Below the pieces are notes generated by a model. It had not been told where the DNA came from, searched no databases, and was given only the letters and a program-made list of their open reading frames with translations. 64,000 nt of DNA from Eledone cirrhosa (lineage: Eukaryota). Every line of letters begins with the position of its first letter. The first letter of the stretch is position 1. The stretch lies in contig OZ024754.1 in NCBI GenBank assembly GCA_964016885.1, positions 35,464,001 to 35,528,000 of the forward strand. Reading direction: 5' to 3'. Positions 1 through 14,400 of the stretch are shown here, one piece after another. The translations under genes were made by a program, and so were the position numbers.

Positions 1-202
1 CCAGTGGCATCATAAAATCTTCGTTAATTGTCTTTGAAAAAGGTGGGGGCGGTATGTGCGTGTGTGTGCTGAACATTTGCCTGCATAGAAATCCTAACTT
101 GCGTGCAAATGTATCTTTATGAAATTTAGCAGGCTGCCTACTTACGTTGACCAATTAATCATTAACATTACAGAAACTCATCGGTGATCTTCTTGTCTAA
201 GA

Positions 203-292
203 AGGCATGTGGCCTAGTGGGTAGGGTGTTAGTCTGACGATCAAGGTTTCGATTCTTAGACCGTTGTGCTTTGCAGTAAAATACTTTATTTC
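203..292 (+). mobile_element. Degenerate tRNA-derived SINE 5' part (CORE-like)
   Basis: A-box-like GTGGCCTAGTGGGTAG, B-box-like GTTTCGATTC, then ACTTTATTTCA; a similar head occurs at about 55403-55471. Confidence 0.55.
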
Positions 293-747
293 AAGATGAA
301 TTTATAAGAAGTTGAATTTTATAATAAAGTCAAAATTAAATACTTTTGTTTTTATCGAAGAAACCTCCTACTAGATGCACCCTCGTATGAGGCCAGCCAC
401 ACCTTCATAGGTGTCAGCTGTAACTTTGATTTTTTTCCATCTTATTGGAAATGTCTCTGGTATATGGAAAACATTGCACCACTGTTAGTTGATCTAGTAA
501 ATTCCATGGTTGGTACAATGTAGTTACTAATGTGACACAGCTTCTATATAATATATTTTCCTGATAGGGATTCAAATTCATGACAGCAAACATTGTATTA
601 ACACCATTCTTAGGCATTTAATAGGTGACTGTACGTCAGACTCAGGGGGTCATGTGTCGTCAGACATTACGACAACAAAAACAGCAACAATACTAATCAT
701 TATGAAGTCAAAAGTACATTATACTAAACTTAATATAATATTAGAGT

Positions 748-945
748 GATTTCTAATTTAAGCACAAGGCCAGCAATTTAACGAGGAAATCGAGGAAATA
801 GGCTTGGGTACTAGATAGCTACTTATTTATCAATTTCAGAAGGATGAAAAGCAAAGTTGAGCTGTATAGGAAAGTTAGAAAGTTAAGGGCTGAAACAAAT
901 ACCACCAAGCATTTTTCCCGACGCTTTACCGATTCTGCTAGAGCC
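748..945 (-). mobile_element. Degenerate copy of the major tRNA-derived SINE family
   Basis: Shares GCACAAGGCCAGCAATT, AAGGATGAAA and TACCGATTCTGC with the intact copies (e.g. 49816-49999). Confidence 0.65.
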
Positions 946-1944
946 CTGAGAGAAAGAACACATGAAAATATTGATTGTAAATGGTAAGTCACACCAGCGT
1001 TCATATCATTGACTAAGGTTTCCGCAATATATGGTAGCCAATAGATGTCACTGCCATGGTAAAATGCAAGTATGGAAGGACAACAACTGAGCAATAAAAG
1101 AACAAAAGTAATTCATCTAAATGTTGTACTGTTCTTATTCAGTTTCATTGCCTCCTATATAGTATAGAAAGTATATTTAGAGAGATTTATTTACATAGTA
1201 TACACATAACTAATGCATATAGATATCTATACGTGTATATTTATTAACAGATAAAATGCTCTAAGGAACAAATCAAACTAAATTTAGAATTCCCCATGAA
1301 ATTGATGGTAACTTTACAGAGTCACTAGGGTGTCAGATTAAATGCTCCAATGTCTATGCTCCGAGTTTAAATTACGCCGAGGTCAATTTTGCCTTTTATC
1401 AGCTCGAGGTTGATAAATAAAGTACCAAACTATTACTGGGGTCACTTCTTACTCTATCTCCTTTTCTATCACCCTCTTTTCTTCTATGGAAGAAACCGGG
1501 TATTTTCAGACCTGAATGGTAAAAGGCTCAGGCAGATTGAAAATACCTAAGGCACATCATGTCATAATAGCTCCCCTACGACATACAGATAAACTAAAAA
1601 CCATGAAAGTAACCCTTCTCTGCAGTACGGGGTCACGACCCATAGTTTAGGAACTTCAGATTTTCAATGGCGCCGTTAAGTGTACATATTGGTATTGAAG
1701 TTAGCTTTTACTGTTACATTCATTCGTTCATTCGTTCGTTCATTCGTTCGTTCGCTCATTCGTTCATTCTCTCGTTCATTTCGTCGTTCACTTGCAGCCT
1801 ACTACCATGTTTATCGATTATTCAAACCATCCCTATCATCTCGCTCACACATTTTCACTCATATATTCACCACCTTCTATCTTCATCTATCTGTAGATAT
1901 ACGTGTGTATCTGCATTCATTTATAAATCAATCAAGTTATATGT

Positions 1945-2001
1945 TGGTCTGCATGTATGTACACACACACACACAAATATATATATATATTTGTGTATAT
2001 T

Positions 2002-2041
<40 letters not shown>

Positions 2042-2053
2042 TATATATATATA

Positions 2054-2099
<46 letters not shown>

Positions 2100-2511
2100 G
2101 AGAGAGAGACAATATATATATATAGACAATATATATAGACATATATATAGACAATATATATATAGACATATATATAGACAATATATATATAGACATATAT
2201 ATAGACAATATATATATAGGCATATATATATATATAGACAATATATATATATATAGACAATATATATATATATAGACAATATATATATAGGCATATATAT
2301 ATATATATAGACAATATATATATATATAGACAATATATATATATATAGACAATATATATATAGACAGACAATATATATATAGACAGACAATATATATATA
2401 GACAGACAATATATATATAGACAGATATATATATGTATATAGACAAATATATATATAGACAGATATATATATGTATATAGACAAATATATATATAGACAA
2501 TATATATAGAC

Positions 2512-2550
<39 letters not shown>

Positions 2551-2662
2551 TATATATATATAGATATATATATATATATATAGACAATATATATATAGAC
2601 ATTTATATATATATAGATATATATATATAGACAATATATATATAGACATTTATATATATATA

Positions 2663-2698
<36 letters not shown>

Positions 2699-3047
2699 AT
2701 ATATATAGACATATATATATATAGACATATATATATATAGAGAGACAATATATATAGACATATATATATATAGACAATATATATAGACATATATATATAT
2801 AGACAATATATATAGACATATATATAGACATATATATATATATATATAGACAATATATATAGACATATATATATATAGACAATATATATAGACATATATA
2901 TATAGACAATATATATGGACATATATATATATATATATATGTACACACACATATATGGACATATATATATATATACACGCATATTTGTGTATATATGGAC
3001 ATATATATCTATACACACACATATATATCTATACACACACATATTTG

Positions 3048-3078
<31 letters not shown>

Positions 3079-3220
3079 GAATATATATATAGACACATAT
3101 ATATATATACACACACACACACATATATATATATATTCGTGTATACACACTCACACACATATATATATATATATGCATATATGTGTGTGTGTGTGTGTGG
3201 AAAGAGAGAGAGAGAGAGAT
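1945..3220. repeat. Compound (AT)n/(AC)n microsatellite with GACA interruptions
   Basis: Directly visible; the overlapping YIYI ORFs are artefacts. Confidence 0.95.
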
Positions 3221-3229
3221 TTGGTCTAT

Positions 3230-3760
3230 CTCTGGTAGTTGTAGTAAGTCGCAAAGGTGAGAAAACTCAATATTTAAAACCTTACTTCAAAAAGTGGTCA
3301 ATTTATATTTTTATAATATGGTCACCGTGTTTCAGTAAAGTGTGTGTTCGTTACACTCCGTCAGTGAAGAATTTAGGTCGCTGTAGATTCGCTTCGTCTA
3401 TGTATGTATATGTTTGTGTGTTTGTGCGTGTGTGTGTTTTCAGAAGGGCTGAAAAAGTGGAAAGAGAGGAGGTTCATCAGAATGGGAACGATAAAAGAAA
3501 ATTGGACGGCAATGGAAAGGGGAGAAAATGAGGGAGGTAGTGGAAGTTATAGAGGAAGGAGGGGTGTCCGGTGTTAGGGGTTCTCTGTGGCTAAGATGGA
3601 AGTTTCAGGAAGAAGGTTCAAAGGTGAAACTTATGGTTGTGAATGCAAAATATGCGGTAATGGTGGTTTGAGAAAGGTCATTTTAAGGTGTGAGGGAATG
3701 GGGGACAGGACAGTATTATAGGCGTGGGAGAATCAAGATGTGTATGGGGTTACTCTTTTA
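3230..3760 (-). mobile_element. Possible highly decayed PLE fragment with a degenerate hammerhead-like motif
   Basis: Minus strand reads SPIPSHLK and LLPETSILAT, resembling the PLE RT segment before motif A; CTGACGG-AGTG...TACT-GAAAC at about 3321-3368. Confidence 0.3.
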
Positions 3761-3834
3761 CTCTTTTACCTGTTCCAGCAATCCGGCTGAGGCCATACTA
3801 GGGCACCGAGAATTAGAATTATATTTGTAAATAA

Positions 3835-4010
3835 TCGTTTCTAATTTGTGGGGATGGGTGGATGGGATGATTGTATCAATACCTGTACTTAATTGATACT
3901 TTATTTTATCGACTTTGGGAGGGTTAAAGGCGAAGTTGACTTCAGCGGAATTTGAACTCAAAACGTAAAGAGCTGGAATAAATATCACAAAGCATTTTAT
4001 CAATTCTGAC
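3835..4010 (-). mobile_element. Degenerate major-family SINE
   Basis: TACTTTATTTTATCGAC...AAAGGCGAAGTTGAC...ATTTGAACTC (reverse-complement B-box). Confidence 0.65.
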
Positions 4011-4358
4011 AACTTAAAAGAGATTTAGTAAAGATGAGAACAAAATAATGTATCAGCTTAGGTTTCGTGTTATTGAACTCTCCAGAAATTCAAACTCAAG
4101 AGGGATTTAGTAAATGTGTTTAGGTTTTGTGGTTCAAGGGGAATATAATTAAAACCATATAAGGGACAAGATATAAACATGCTACATATCACGATAGTAC
4201 CCCCAAAACTCCTTGAGCAGTTATAAGCCCATGGATGGATATACAAAGTCCACCAATAAAATGTATACATACTTGAAGAAAAGAAATTTTATTTAAATAT
4301 TTTAATATTAATTTATTACAGTACACTGTTATAATTTGATCAAACTTTCGAAAGAGGT

Positions 4359-4397
<39 letters not shown>

Positions 4398-4403
<6 letters not shown>

Positions 4404-4590
4404 GAAGGAGTTGTGGTAAGGAACCAGATGGACCATAATGCACCAGAGTACTCAATACTTAGGGTAGTAGAGTGGGTAATAGGAAAAAGTATGACCCAGG
4501 CGGCAGAGCTCAAGCCGTTTCGACGGCTATTTCTGGACAGAAATAGCCGTCGAAACGGCTTGAGCTCTGCCGTCGGGTTATACTTTTTCT
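4398..4590 (-). mobile_element. Fold-back hammerhead-derived mini-element, family A copy 1
   Basis: Near-perfect palindrome 4483-4589 containing GAAA-CGGC(TTGAGCTCT)GCCG-TC; (AT)n on both sides; homologous to 18218-18420 and 59843-60040. Confidence 0.8.
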
Positions 4591-4650
<60 letters not shown>

Positions 4651-5059
4651 AATATTTCACTTCTTTAAATACCTATAAGTTTTATCATGACGTGTGTTTA
4701 CATTCTTTGGCAGACTCGGTAGAACTGAGATAGGGTGTGCAAAGAAAGTAAATACTATTGTAAGGGTTTTCAGGGTTTAGGAAGAGTTGTGTCGCTAGAA
4801 TAACCTAAGGTTTTACCTGTAAAATAATAAATACAGTAGTTTCGATGGTATATTTGTGGGGTGATAGCTATGTATATAGTCCGTTAAATTTCCTATTGGA
4901 TAATTATTTACATAAACTTGTTAATTGCGAAAAAACTGAAACGTCAAATTTATGTCATTATATGGTTTTATGGCATATTTATTTATTTATTTAATAAATT
5001 CAAACGTCCGTGTAGAGCTGGTAAACCCTGGCGGTCTGGGAAAGGTATCTAATACCCTT

Positions 5060-5420
5060 TATATGTGTGTGTGTGTGAGAGAGAACGAGAAAGAGCGTGA
5101 GAGAGAACGAGAAAGAGCGTGAAAGAGAATGTGAGAAAGTGAGTGTGAGAGTGTGAGAAAGAGAGTGTGAGAGTGTGAGAAAGAGAGTGTGAGAGTAAGG
5201 GAGAGAGAGTGTGTGAATATGAGAGAGAGAGTGTAGGAGAGTGTAGGAGAGAGAGAATGAAGGAGAGAGAGAGTAAAAGAGAGTGAAAGAGAGTGAATGA
5301 AAAAGAGAGTATGAGAGAGAGGGAGATGAGAGAGAGAGAGGGAGGGAGATGAGAGAGAGAGAGGGAGATGAGAGAGAGAGAGAGAGAGGGAGATGAGAGA
5401 GAAAGAGAGAGAGAGAGAAA
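5060..5420. repeat. (GA)n/(GT)n low-complexity tract
   Basis: Directly visible. Confidence 0.9.
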
Positions 5421-5869
5421 TATAAGAAAACAAGTGAAAGTCCAGAGCTATAAAACAGTGAAATATTTCTGTTGTCGAATCCCTTTGTAACGTCCATATC
5501 TGGAAGATATGGTTTATGGTTGGCAGGTCCTTCACAATATATTACTCGTCTAGCCTTGATAGTTTATTTTAAGAACAATTATAAAATGTCATCTCTCTCT
5601 CTCACGTATTGGTACTATATACAGTTGGTATACGAACAAAGCGAATCTAGAAGCTTCTATTTCATGATAGGTTAAAATGACAGTAGTCACTACCTCAGCT
5701 TTATTTGCAGCAACTCATTGTATACACGGTGAAACAAATATATGCAAGTTATTTCTTGCCGTTTCAATTAATTAAAGACTAACAAGTTTTTAGTCTATTA
5801 TTATCATGTGTTTTTTTAAATTAAACAATACAATTATTCAATAAATAAATAAAAAATATGCATCATTGT

Positions 5870-6170
5870 CGTTAAAATGTGTAAAAAATGAGAGCTTAGA
5901 ATTAAGCCATAGCTCAAAATTTGACAATTGTCTTTAAAACGTGTAAAAAACGAGAGCTCAAAATTAAATCCTATAGTTCAGAATTAAATCATTGTCTTTA
6001 AAACGTATAAAAAAATAAGAGCTCAGAATTAAACCATTGTCTTTAAAACGTGTAAAAAATGAGAGCTCAGAATTAAACCATTGTCTTTAAAACGTGTAAA
6101 AAATGAGAGCTCAGAATTAAACCATTGTCTTTAAAACGTGTAAAAAATGAGAGCTCAGAATTAAACCATG
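5870..6170. repeat. 44-bp minisatellite, about 6 copies
   Basis: Unit GAGAGCTCAGAATTAAACCATTGTCTTTAAAACGTGTAAAAAAT, e.g. starting at 6061, 6105 and 6149. Confidence 0.9.
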
Positions 6171-6514
6171 AATGACCGTCATTTTAGAGAATTCATTATC
6201 AACTACTACAGTTTATGTTGACCCAATTACATTTTTCTTAATCCGTGTAATACATACTATACTATACAGACACATCTACATACATAATATATGTAGGCAT
6301 AGACACACACACACACGTATGCATATATATATACACACACACGTATATATACATATATACGTATACACACACACACACACGTATATATACATATATACGT
6401 ATACACACACACACACACGTATATATACATATATACGTATACACACACACACATATATATATACATATACACACACATATATATAAGTATACACGTATAT
6501 ACATATATACGTAT

Positions 6515-6564
<50 letters not shown>

Positions 6565-6574
6565 GTGTGTGTGT

Positions 6575-6726
6575 GTAAAAGGTAAACAGAAATAACAACA
6601 CAATCGGAACAGTATATGGAAGGAATATATTAAGTTAATGCTTGAAATAGCAGGCAATGGGTCAAGACGTTTTGGACGCTAGTCCTTCATCAGAAGAAAG
6701 AATTGGAAATAATATAGATTGAGGGG
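6575..6726 (-). mobile_element. Hammerhead mini-element, family B copy 1 (core GAAA mutated to AAAA)
   Basis: Minus strand TCTT-CTGATGA-AGGAC(TAGC)GTCC-AAAA-CGTC; high identity to 55849-55999; abuts (GT)n. Confidence 0.75.
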
Positions 6727-6777
6727 ACGGGTGGGTTGGAATTAGAAAAAATGCGTTCAGATAAAAATAACAGGTCC

Positions 6778-6812
<35 letters not shown>

Positions 6813-6816
<4 letters not shown>

Positions 6817-7105
6817 AAAAAGATGAAATCGAAAATGCAACTGGAGTCTTATTTAAAAAAAAAATATATATTTATTTGGTTCCTTTACCGGTTTCGCAGT
6901 TCTTCTGCTTTTCAAAAGTATGTGAGAAAAACCACAGACTCTCCATCTCAACTCTACTTTTGAAAAGCAGAAGAACTGCGAAACCGGTAAAGGAACCAAA
7001 TAAATATATATATTTTTAAAAATAAGACTCCAGTTGCATTTTCGATTTCATCTTTTTTTCTTTATACTTTCACTCGTGTAGGACACCTCGGTTATTTTTC
7101 ATTTT
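6813..7105 (+). mobile_element. Fold-back element with ~108-bp inverted arms and a degenerate hammerhead
   Basis: Arms 6813-6920 and 6955-7061; TTGAAAA-GCAG(AAGAA)CTGC-GAAA-CCGG-TA with palindromic stem III; abuts (AT)n. Confidence 0.75.
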
Positions 7106-7442
7106 GTAAAAAAAAAACTCACTTTCTAATATATATATATACACAAGCACGCATATACATACATATTTATGTACACAAATATACACACATATGCAGGAAT
7201 AATGTTGTCGACACATCCTCGTAGTCAACGATATTTACAGTGTTTCTAAAACCCAAGTGAACGTTTGATTCGATGAGGTTTTGGTTTTAAAAAATATTCT
7301 GTAATCCTAAAAATATTGTAAGTCTGCAGTCATTTATCAGTCTTGACGCCATTCCTAGTTACATTAAACCTGATGGTACTATTGATACGAAACAATGCAA
7401 AATACTTCTCGTCCAACGCTTTACTAGTTCCACTAATCCGCC

Positions 7443-8911
7443 GGTTAGTAGTTATATATAGAGAGACAGACATTACGTATGCATGTATACATAAGTACTT
7501 CTGTACGGTTAGTAGTTATATATAGACAGACATTACGTATGCATGTATACATAAGTACTTCTGTACGGTTAGTAGTTATATATAGACAGACATTACGTAT
7601 GCATGTATACATAAGTACTTCTGTACGGTTAGTAGTTATATATAGACAGACATTACGTATGCATATATACATAAGTACTTCTGTACGGTTAGTAGTTATA
7701 TATAGAGAGACATTACGTATGCATGTATACATAAGTACTTCTGTACGGTTAGTAATTATATATAGACAGACATTACGTATGCATGTATGCATAAGTACTT
7801 CTGTACGGTTAGTAGTTATATATAGACAGACATTACGTATGCATGTATACATAAGTACTTCTGTACGGTTAGTAATTATATATAGACAGACATTACATAT
7901 GCATGTATACATAAGTACTTCTGTACGGTTAGTAGTTATATATAGACAGACATTACGTATGCATGTATACATAAGTACTTCTGTACGGTTAGTAGTTATA
8001 TATAGACAGACATTACGTATGCATGTATACATAAGTACTTCTGTACGGTTAGTAATTATATATAGACAGACATTACATATGCATGTATACATAAGTACTT
8101 CTGTACGGTTAGTAGTTATATATAGACAGACATTACATATGCATGTATACATAAGTACTTCTGTACGGTTAGTAGTTATATATAGACAGACATTACGTAT
8201 GCATATATACATAAGTACTTCTGTAAGGCTAGTAGTTATATATAGACAGACATTACATATGCATGTATACATAAGTACTTCTGTACGGTTAGTAGTTATA
8301 TATAGACAGACATTACGTATGCATGTATACATAAGTACTTCTGTACGGTTAGTAATTATATATAGACAGACATTACATATGCATGTATACATAAGTACTT
8401 CTGTACGGTTAGTAGTTATATATAGACAGACATTACGTATGCATGTATACATAAGTACTTCTGTACGGTTAGTAGTTATATATAGACAGACATTACGTAT
8501 GCATGTATACATAAGTACTTCTGTACGGTTAGTAGTTATATATAGACAGACATTACGTATGCATGTATACATAAGTACTTCTGTACGGTTAGTAGTTATA
8601 TATAGACAGACATTACGTATGCATATATACATAAGTACTTCTGTAAGGCTAGTAGTTATATATAGACAGACATTACGTATGCATGTATACATAAGTACTT
8701 CTGTACGGTTAGTAGTTATATATAGACAGACATTACGTATGCATGTATACATAAGTACTTCTGTACGGTTAGTAATTATATATAGACAGACATTACATAT
8801 GCATGTATACATAAGTACTTCTGTACGGTTAGTAGTTATATATAGACAGACATTACGTATGCATGTATACATAAGTACTTCTGTAAGGCTAGTAGTTATA
8901 TATAGACAGAC
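7443..8911. repeat. 60-bp tandem satellite, about 24 copies
   Basis: Unit CTGTACGGTTAGTAGTTATATATAGACAGACATTACGTATGCATGTATACATAAGTACTT, in register line after line. Confidence 0.98.
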
Positions 8912-8941
8912 GCAAAAAAAAACTCTCATATTTCACACATC

Positions 8942-9276
8942 CACAATCACGTCCTCCCACGACATACACACACACACAATTACGTCCTCCCACGACACAC
9001 ACACACACACACAATCACGTCCTCCCACGACACAATCACGTCCTCCCACGACACATACACACACACACAATCACGTCCTCCCACGACACAATCACGTCCT
9101 CCCACGACACATACACACACATACACACAATCACGTCCTCCCACGACACAATCACGTCCTCCCACGACACATACACACACACACACACAATCACGTCCTT
9201 CCACGACATACACACACATACACACAATCACGTCCTTCCACAACATACACACACACACACAATCACGTCCTCCAAC

Positions 9277-9309
<33 letters not shown>

Positions 9310-9335
9310 CCACGCCCTCCCACGACATACACACA
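8942..9335. repeat. 21-bp minisatellite with variable (CA)n spacers
   Basis: Unit CACAATCACGTCCTCCCACGA repeated about 12 times. Confidence 0.9.
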
Positions 9336-9459
9336 CATATATAATACATACACATATTTAATATGTAATGTTCAATATCTAATATCTATTATTTTCTATA
9401 TTATGTAATTAACATTATACTATAAATATCTGTCGTTTAATATGTATTTAACACATCCA

Positions 9460-10450
<991 letters not shown>

Positions 10451-10451
10451 G

Positions 10452-10700
10452 TTCAAGGAAACGACAAAACAGGGATACAAAAAGCCTTATTAGTTTCACG
10501 CTTTATATAGGAAAAGAGAAAGAAAGTTCGGCGTGTCGGAGTTTAGCCCTTCTTCGGGAGTACAAAAAAATAAAGACAGCATCGCAAAGGATATATACAG
10601 AAACTAAAAGGTTGTCCGTAGAAAAATAAACGAAAATAAAGAGATCAGACAAGACTAACCGATAGGTAGTCTTGGTAACGATTTTGGACCGGAAAGGAAA
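10452..10700 (-). mobile_element. Degenerate hammerhead mini-element resembling family B
   Basis: Minus strand CCGAAGA-AGGG(CTAAA)CTCC-GACA-CGCC near 10528-10560; same layout next to (AC)n as family B. Confidence 0.4.
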
Positions 10701-10793
10701 ACGTGTGTGCATTCGAGTCGATGTGTGAGTGAATGCAAGTTTATATACATGCCTATACATACACACACACACATATATACATATATATATATA

Positions 10794-10868
10794 CAGGGTG
10801 CCTCCCAAAAGTTTATACACACTTCAACAGCATGTACTAAGTTCGTTTAGATTTTTAGGGACACCCTG
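10794..10868. mobile_element. 75-bp Tc1/mariner-type MITE
   Basis: TA|CAGGGTGCCTCCCAAAAGT ... ATTTTTAGGGACACCCTG|TA. Confidence 0.75.
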
Positions 10869-10871
10869 TAT

Positions 10872-10925
<54 letters not shown>

Positions 10926-11029
10926 TCAATTACATATAAATCTGAGCACATTAGACATAGATTTTCGAAAAGTACATGAACCTTTAGAATTTAAACACAT
11001 ATATCACTGGAAATATTATACATAAATAA

Positions 11030-14000
11030 ACATGAAATACTGAAATACATTGCTGAAATATAAATAATTCAAAAATAAGGAAGTAATAATATTTTTTTGT
11101 TTATATATAGTACTAACCTTTGAGTATATCCGATGTAATATTTTATGATGATTCTTGTACACACACAGATATATATCAGTATGCATATATATATATATAT
11201 TATATACGTTCAAATATACATGCATACATACATATATATCTATTCATATATTTAGATATTTTTTTTTTTTTATATAGAGAGAAGTGTTTTCATTCTATAT
11301 ATATATGTATTATATGTTATTTAATTTACTCAAAGTATTATTAGGTCATTGAAAAGTTCCTATTGTTGATTAGCTGTATTCCGTCATAAAATAGGTTGTA
11401 ATTTTTATATAATTATTTAGATTTTCGGTGTAATATGATCCATTTTTCTTGTATATATAGACACCTCTCTATATATTCAACAATTAACACTATATATAAG
11501 ATCCTTTAGCTGTTTACAGCCGATTTTGTAGAATTGTTCTTAAAATATTGTGAGGAATTCTTACTCCGAATAAAGAATATCTTCAAAATTACACCAATTC
11601 AACGGACGGTTTTTGGTTAATAGTTTTTTTTACTAAGAATTTGAGTAGTGACTTTAAAATTCTATTTTTGTAATAAACTTTCTATAGGTGTATATATATA
11701 TGTATATAATATATATATATATATATATAATATATATTTGTATATTAATATATATACATATGTATATATATATATATATATATGTATTTAAATAAATCTA
11801 TAATCTTAATATTGTGTTTGTATATATATAAATATATATGTGTATGTTTGAGAGTTAGGGAGTTATAGCTTCATTTTTTTTTCGTATTGAAACTTAGATA
11901 AAACAGAATATTGCAATTCTTTTATTCTTTTTTAAATCCTTTTTTTTCTTTGCACTATTTTATCTGTTTTATCCTCTGAACCCCTTGGTGTTAAACCAGA
12001 CAATGAAAACACATATATATGTAAATATATACCTAATATTTCGGACAGAGATTTCAATGATAATAATAATATAAATAAACAAACAATAATATTAATATAT
12101 CCTGGTGCGAAGATGTATCCTTTTGTATTAGATTGTCTTCTTCCAGTTAATATATATAATTTCTTATGCTTCAGTAATCCGAATTATGGCTTTTTCTGTG
12201 ATTCCATTGCTCCCGAAATAACGAGATGTTCCCAATTTTATGTATTCAATTCCAAATAATTGAATTTACCATAACATCCTTGCTTATATATTCGTTACGA
12301 AATGAACACGTTTTACTATATTTTTTCTTTTAAAAATTAAAAGACAACTGCAAGAAATATTGTCTTTTAAATTCTTAATGTTTTTTAGTTGTTTTTTTTT
12401 TGTTTAAAATCCAATATTAATCACTGTCTTTTTGTTTTACATTTTTTTAATCGTATTTTAATTTTTTTTTCTGTAAACCTTCATTCACATTTTTTGTTTA
12501 TTATATATATGTATATATATGATTTATTTCATTTTTTGCATATCTTGTAGTCTTTGGTTTATTTTAGCAACTCCGAAAAATGTTTTATATTTTGGTATAA
12601 CAACTTATTAGGTTTCAACTGAATGCTTTTAGTACATGTTTTGTTGTCATATATATGTATATATATAGTCATAGTAGCAAATGTATGCAAGTACGGGTTA
12701 CTAAATACTTACTAGTTAATAGCAGATATGCCTAGAAGCCAGAAAAGTAATTTATCTGGTTCATACATGCATACACGCATACATTTACATCTATCTATTT
12801 ATCTATAAATATCTATATCGATATATCTCTATTTCTTTCTCTATATAGATATAGATATATGTATATATATATATGTATGTCTGAGTAGAGACGAATGGTT
12901 GAGAGTATGTATTTATTAATCTACATATGCACACACCAACATATGCGGCTGAATTAAGATTCAATTGCAGTTTACGTTTTGCATATATTGTCAACGAAAA
13001 GTCTAGAAAGACTTAGGCGAATCTGAGAATGACGGATCGAAGGAAACGCATTTGATATGAGACTGAAATAATGTTTCGAAAATGGCATAAATTATATGTA
13101 GATGTATATATAGTAATCCCCTATGTTTGTTTGTCAATCCCCTTAGCTTGACTTAAATAGGGCTATATATATATATGGAAATTTATTTATATATACACAC
13201 ATGACTACGGTTTTAATGTCTTTTATTTATATATATATATACTCGCGAAATCACGTATATGTAGTAAATGCATATACTTATATGTGTGTATATATAGGTG
13301 TATAATGAAAGAATAATAAGCTGTCGCAAGAATATCAATAACAGCAATGACGACGATGACAACAACGACGACAACAGCAATAACAACAACAACAATAATG
13401 TTAGTACTTAGTTCATATTATGATTAATATCAGCTTTTTATTTCTTAGCAAATGTCGTTTAAAAATGGAAAATCAATGTGTATGTGTAGGAGAGTTTAGA
13501 AAACTGCTAGAAATATAGTTTTGAGGAAGAAATTCCTGTTTATCTATCTATCTCTCTATTAAACTGTCACTCTCCTTTTCTCTATATATTCATCAATATT
13601 TAATCATCTAATTGTGTAAGTATGTCTAGTAAACTATGTATTTCTATATAAATCTATTAATCTGTTTATATAATGAATATACTTCAGTTTAAAATTTAAA
13701 ATAATTTTAGACTTTATTATTAGTGTTAATCTACTTAAAAACCCTTAGCTATAATATCGTTTACTCCAGCTTATACAACCACACACACACACATTATATA
13801 TAATATATAATATATATTTCTATTATATTAGTCTATACTTGATAAATTTATTGTACATAAAAAAATATTCAACAAGACATTAGACAACTTACTACTACTA
13901 ATAATGATAATAATAATAATAATAATATAGTTGATAAATAAAAATTATAACAATATAATAGATTGTTTATTATAAGGGTTATTGGAAAGAGGGGGAGGAG

Positions 14001-14365
14001 AATAGGGGGTAGATGAAAGAAGAGTGATAAGGTGGGTGTGTTAAAAAATGTTTAACACACCAACCTTGTGAACGTTAAGTACTAGAATATTCTTGTGCAG
14101 AAAGTCGTTGCACTACTAGCTATGTTGTAAAAGCTAGGTGGAACTGGGTTTACAACACTAGTAGCTACAGCAAGCATAGAAAATCAGTTATTGATTTCAC
14201 TACTGTCTTTCTTTCTATCTCTTTCGCTCTTCTTTCTGGCTTTTTCTCTCGCTCTCACTCACCAGCAACAACCGCATCACACTTACTTGCTGTCTGTCTT
14301 TTTACTCTCTTCTTTCACTGTCACTACACTTCTATAGGGAGAGGGGTTTTATTCAATAAGTGTGA

Positions 14366-14400
<35 letters not shown>

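Noticed and set aside
414-617. 67-aa ORF with a faint PLE-thumb resemblance (FPYTRDISNK)
   Set aside because: Too degenerate to support a call.
8942-9335. CRISPR-like repeat/spacer appearance
   Set aside because: Spacers are (CA)n of variable length or absent, the context is eukaryotic, and there are no cas genes.
7445-9344. 494-aa and 621-aa repetitive ORFs
   Set aside because: Products of the 60-bp satellite; no unique domains or splice context.
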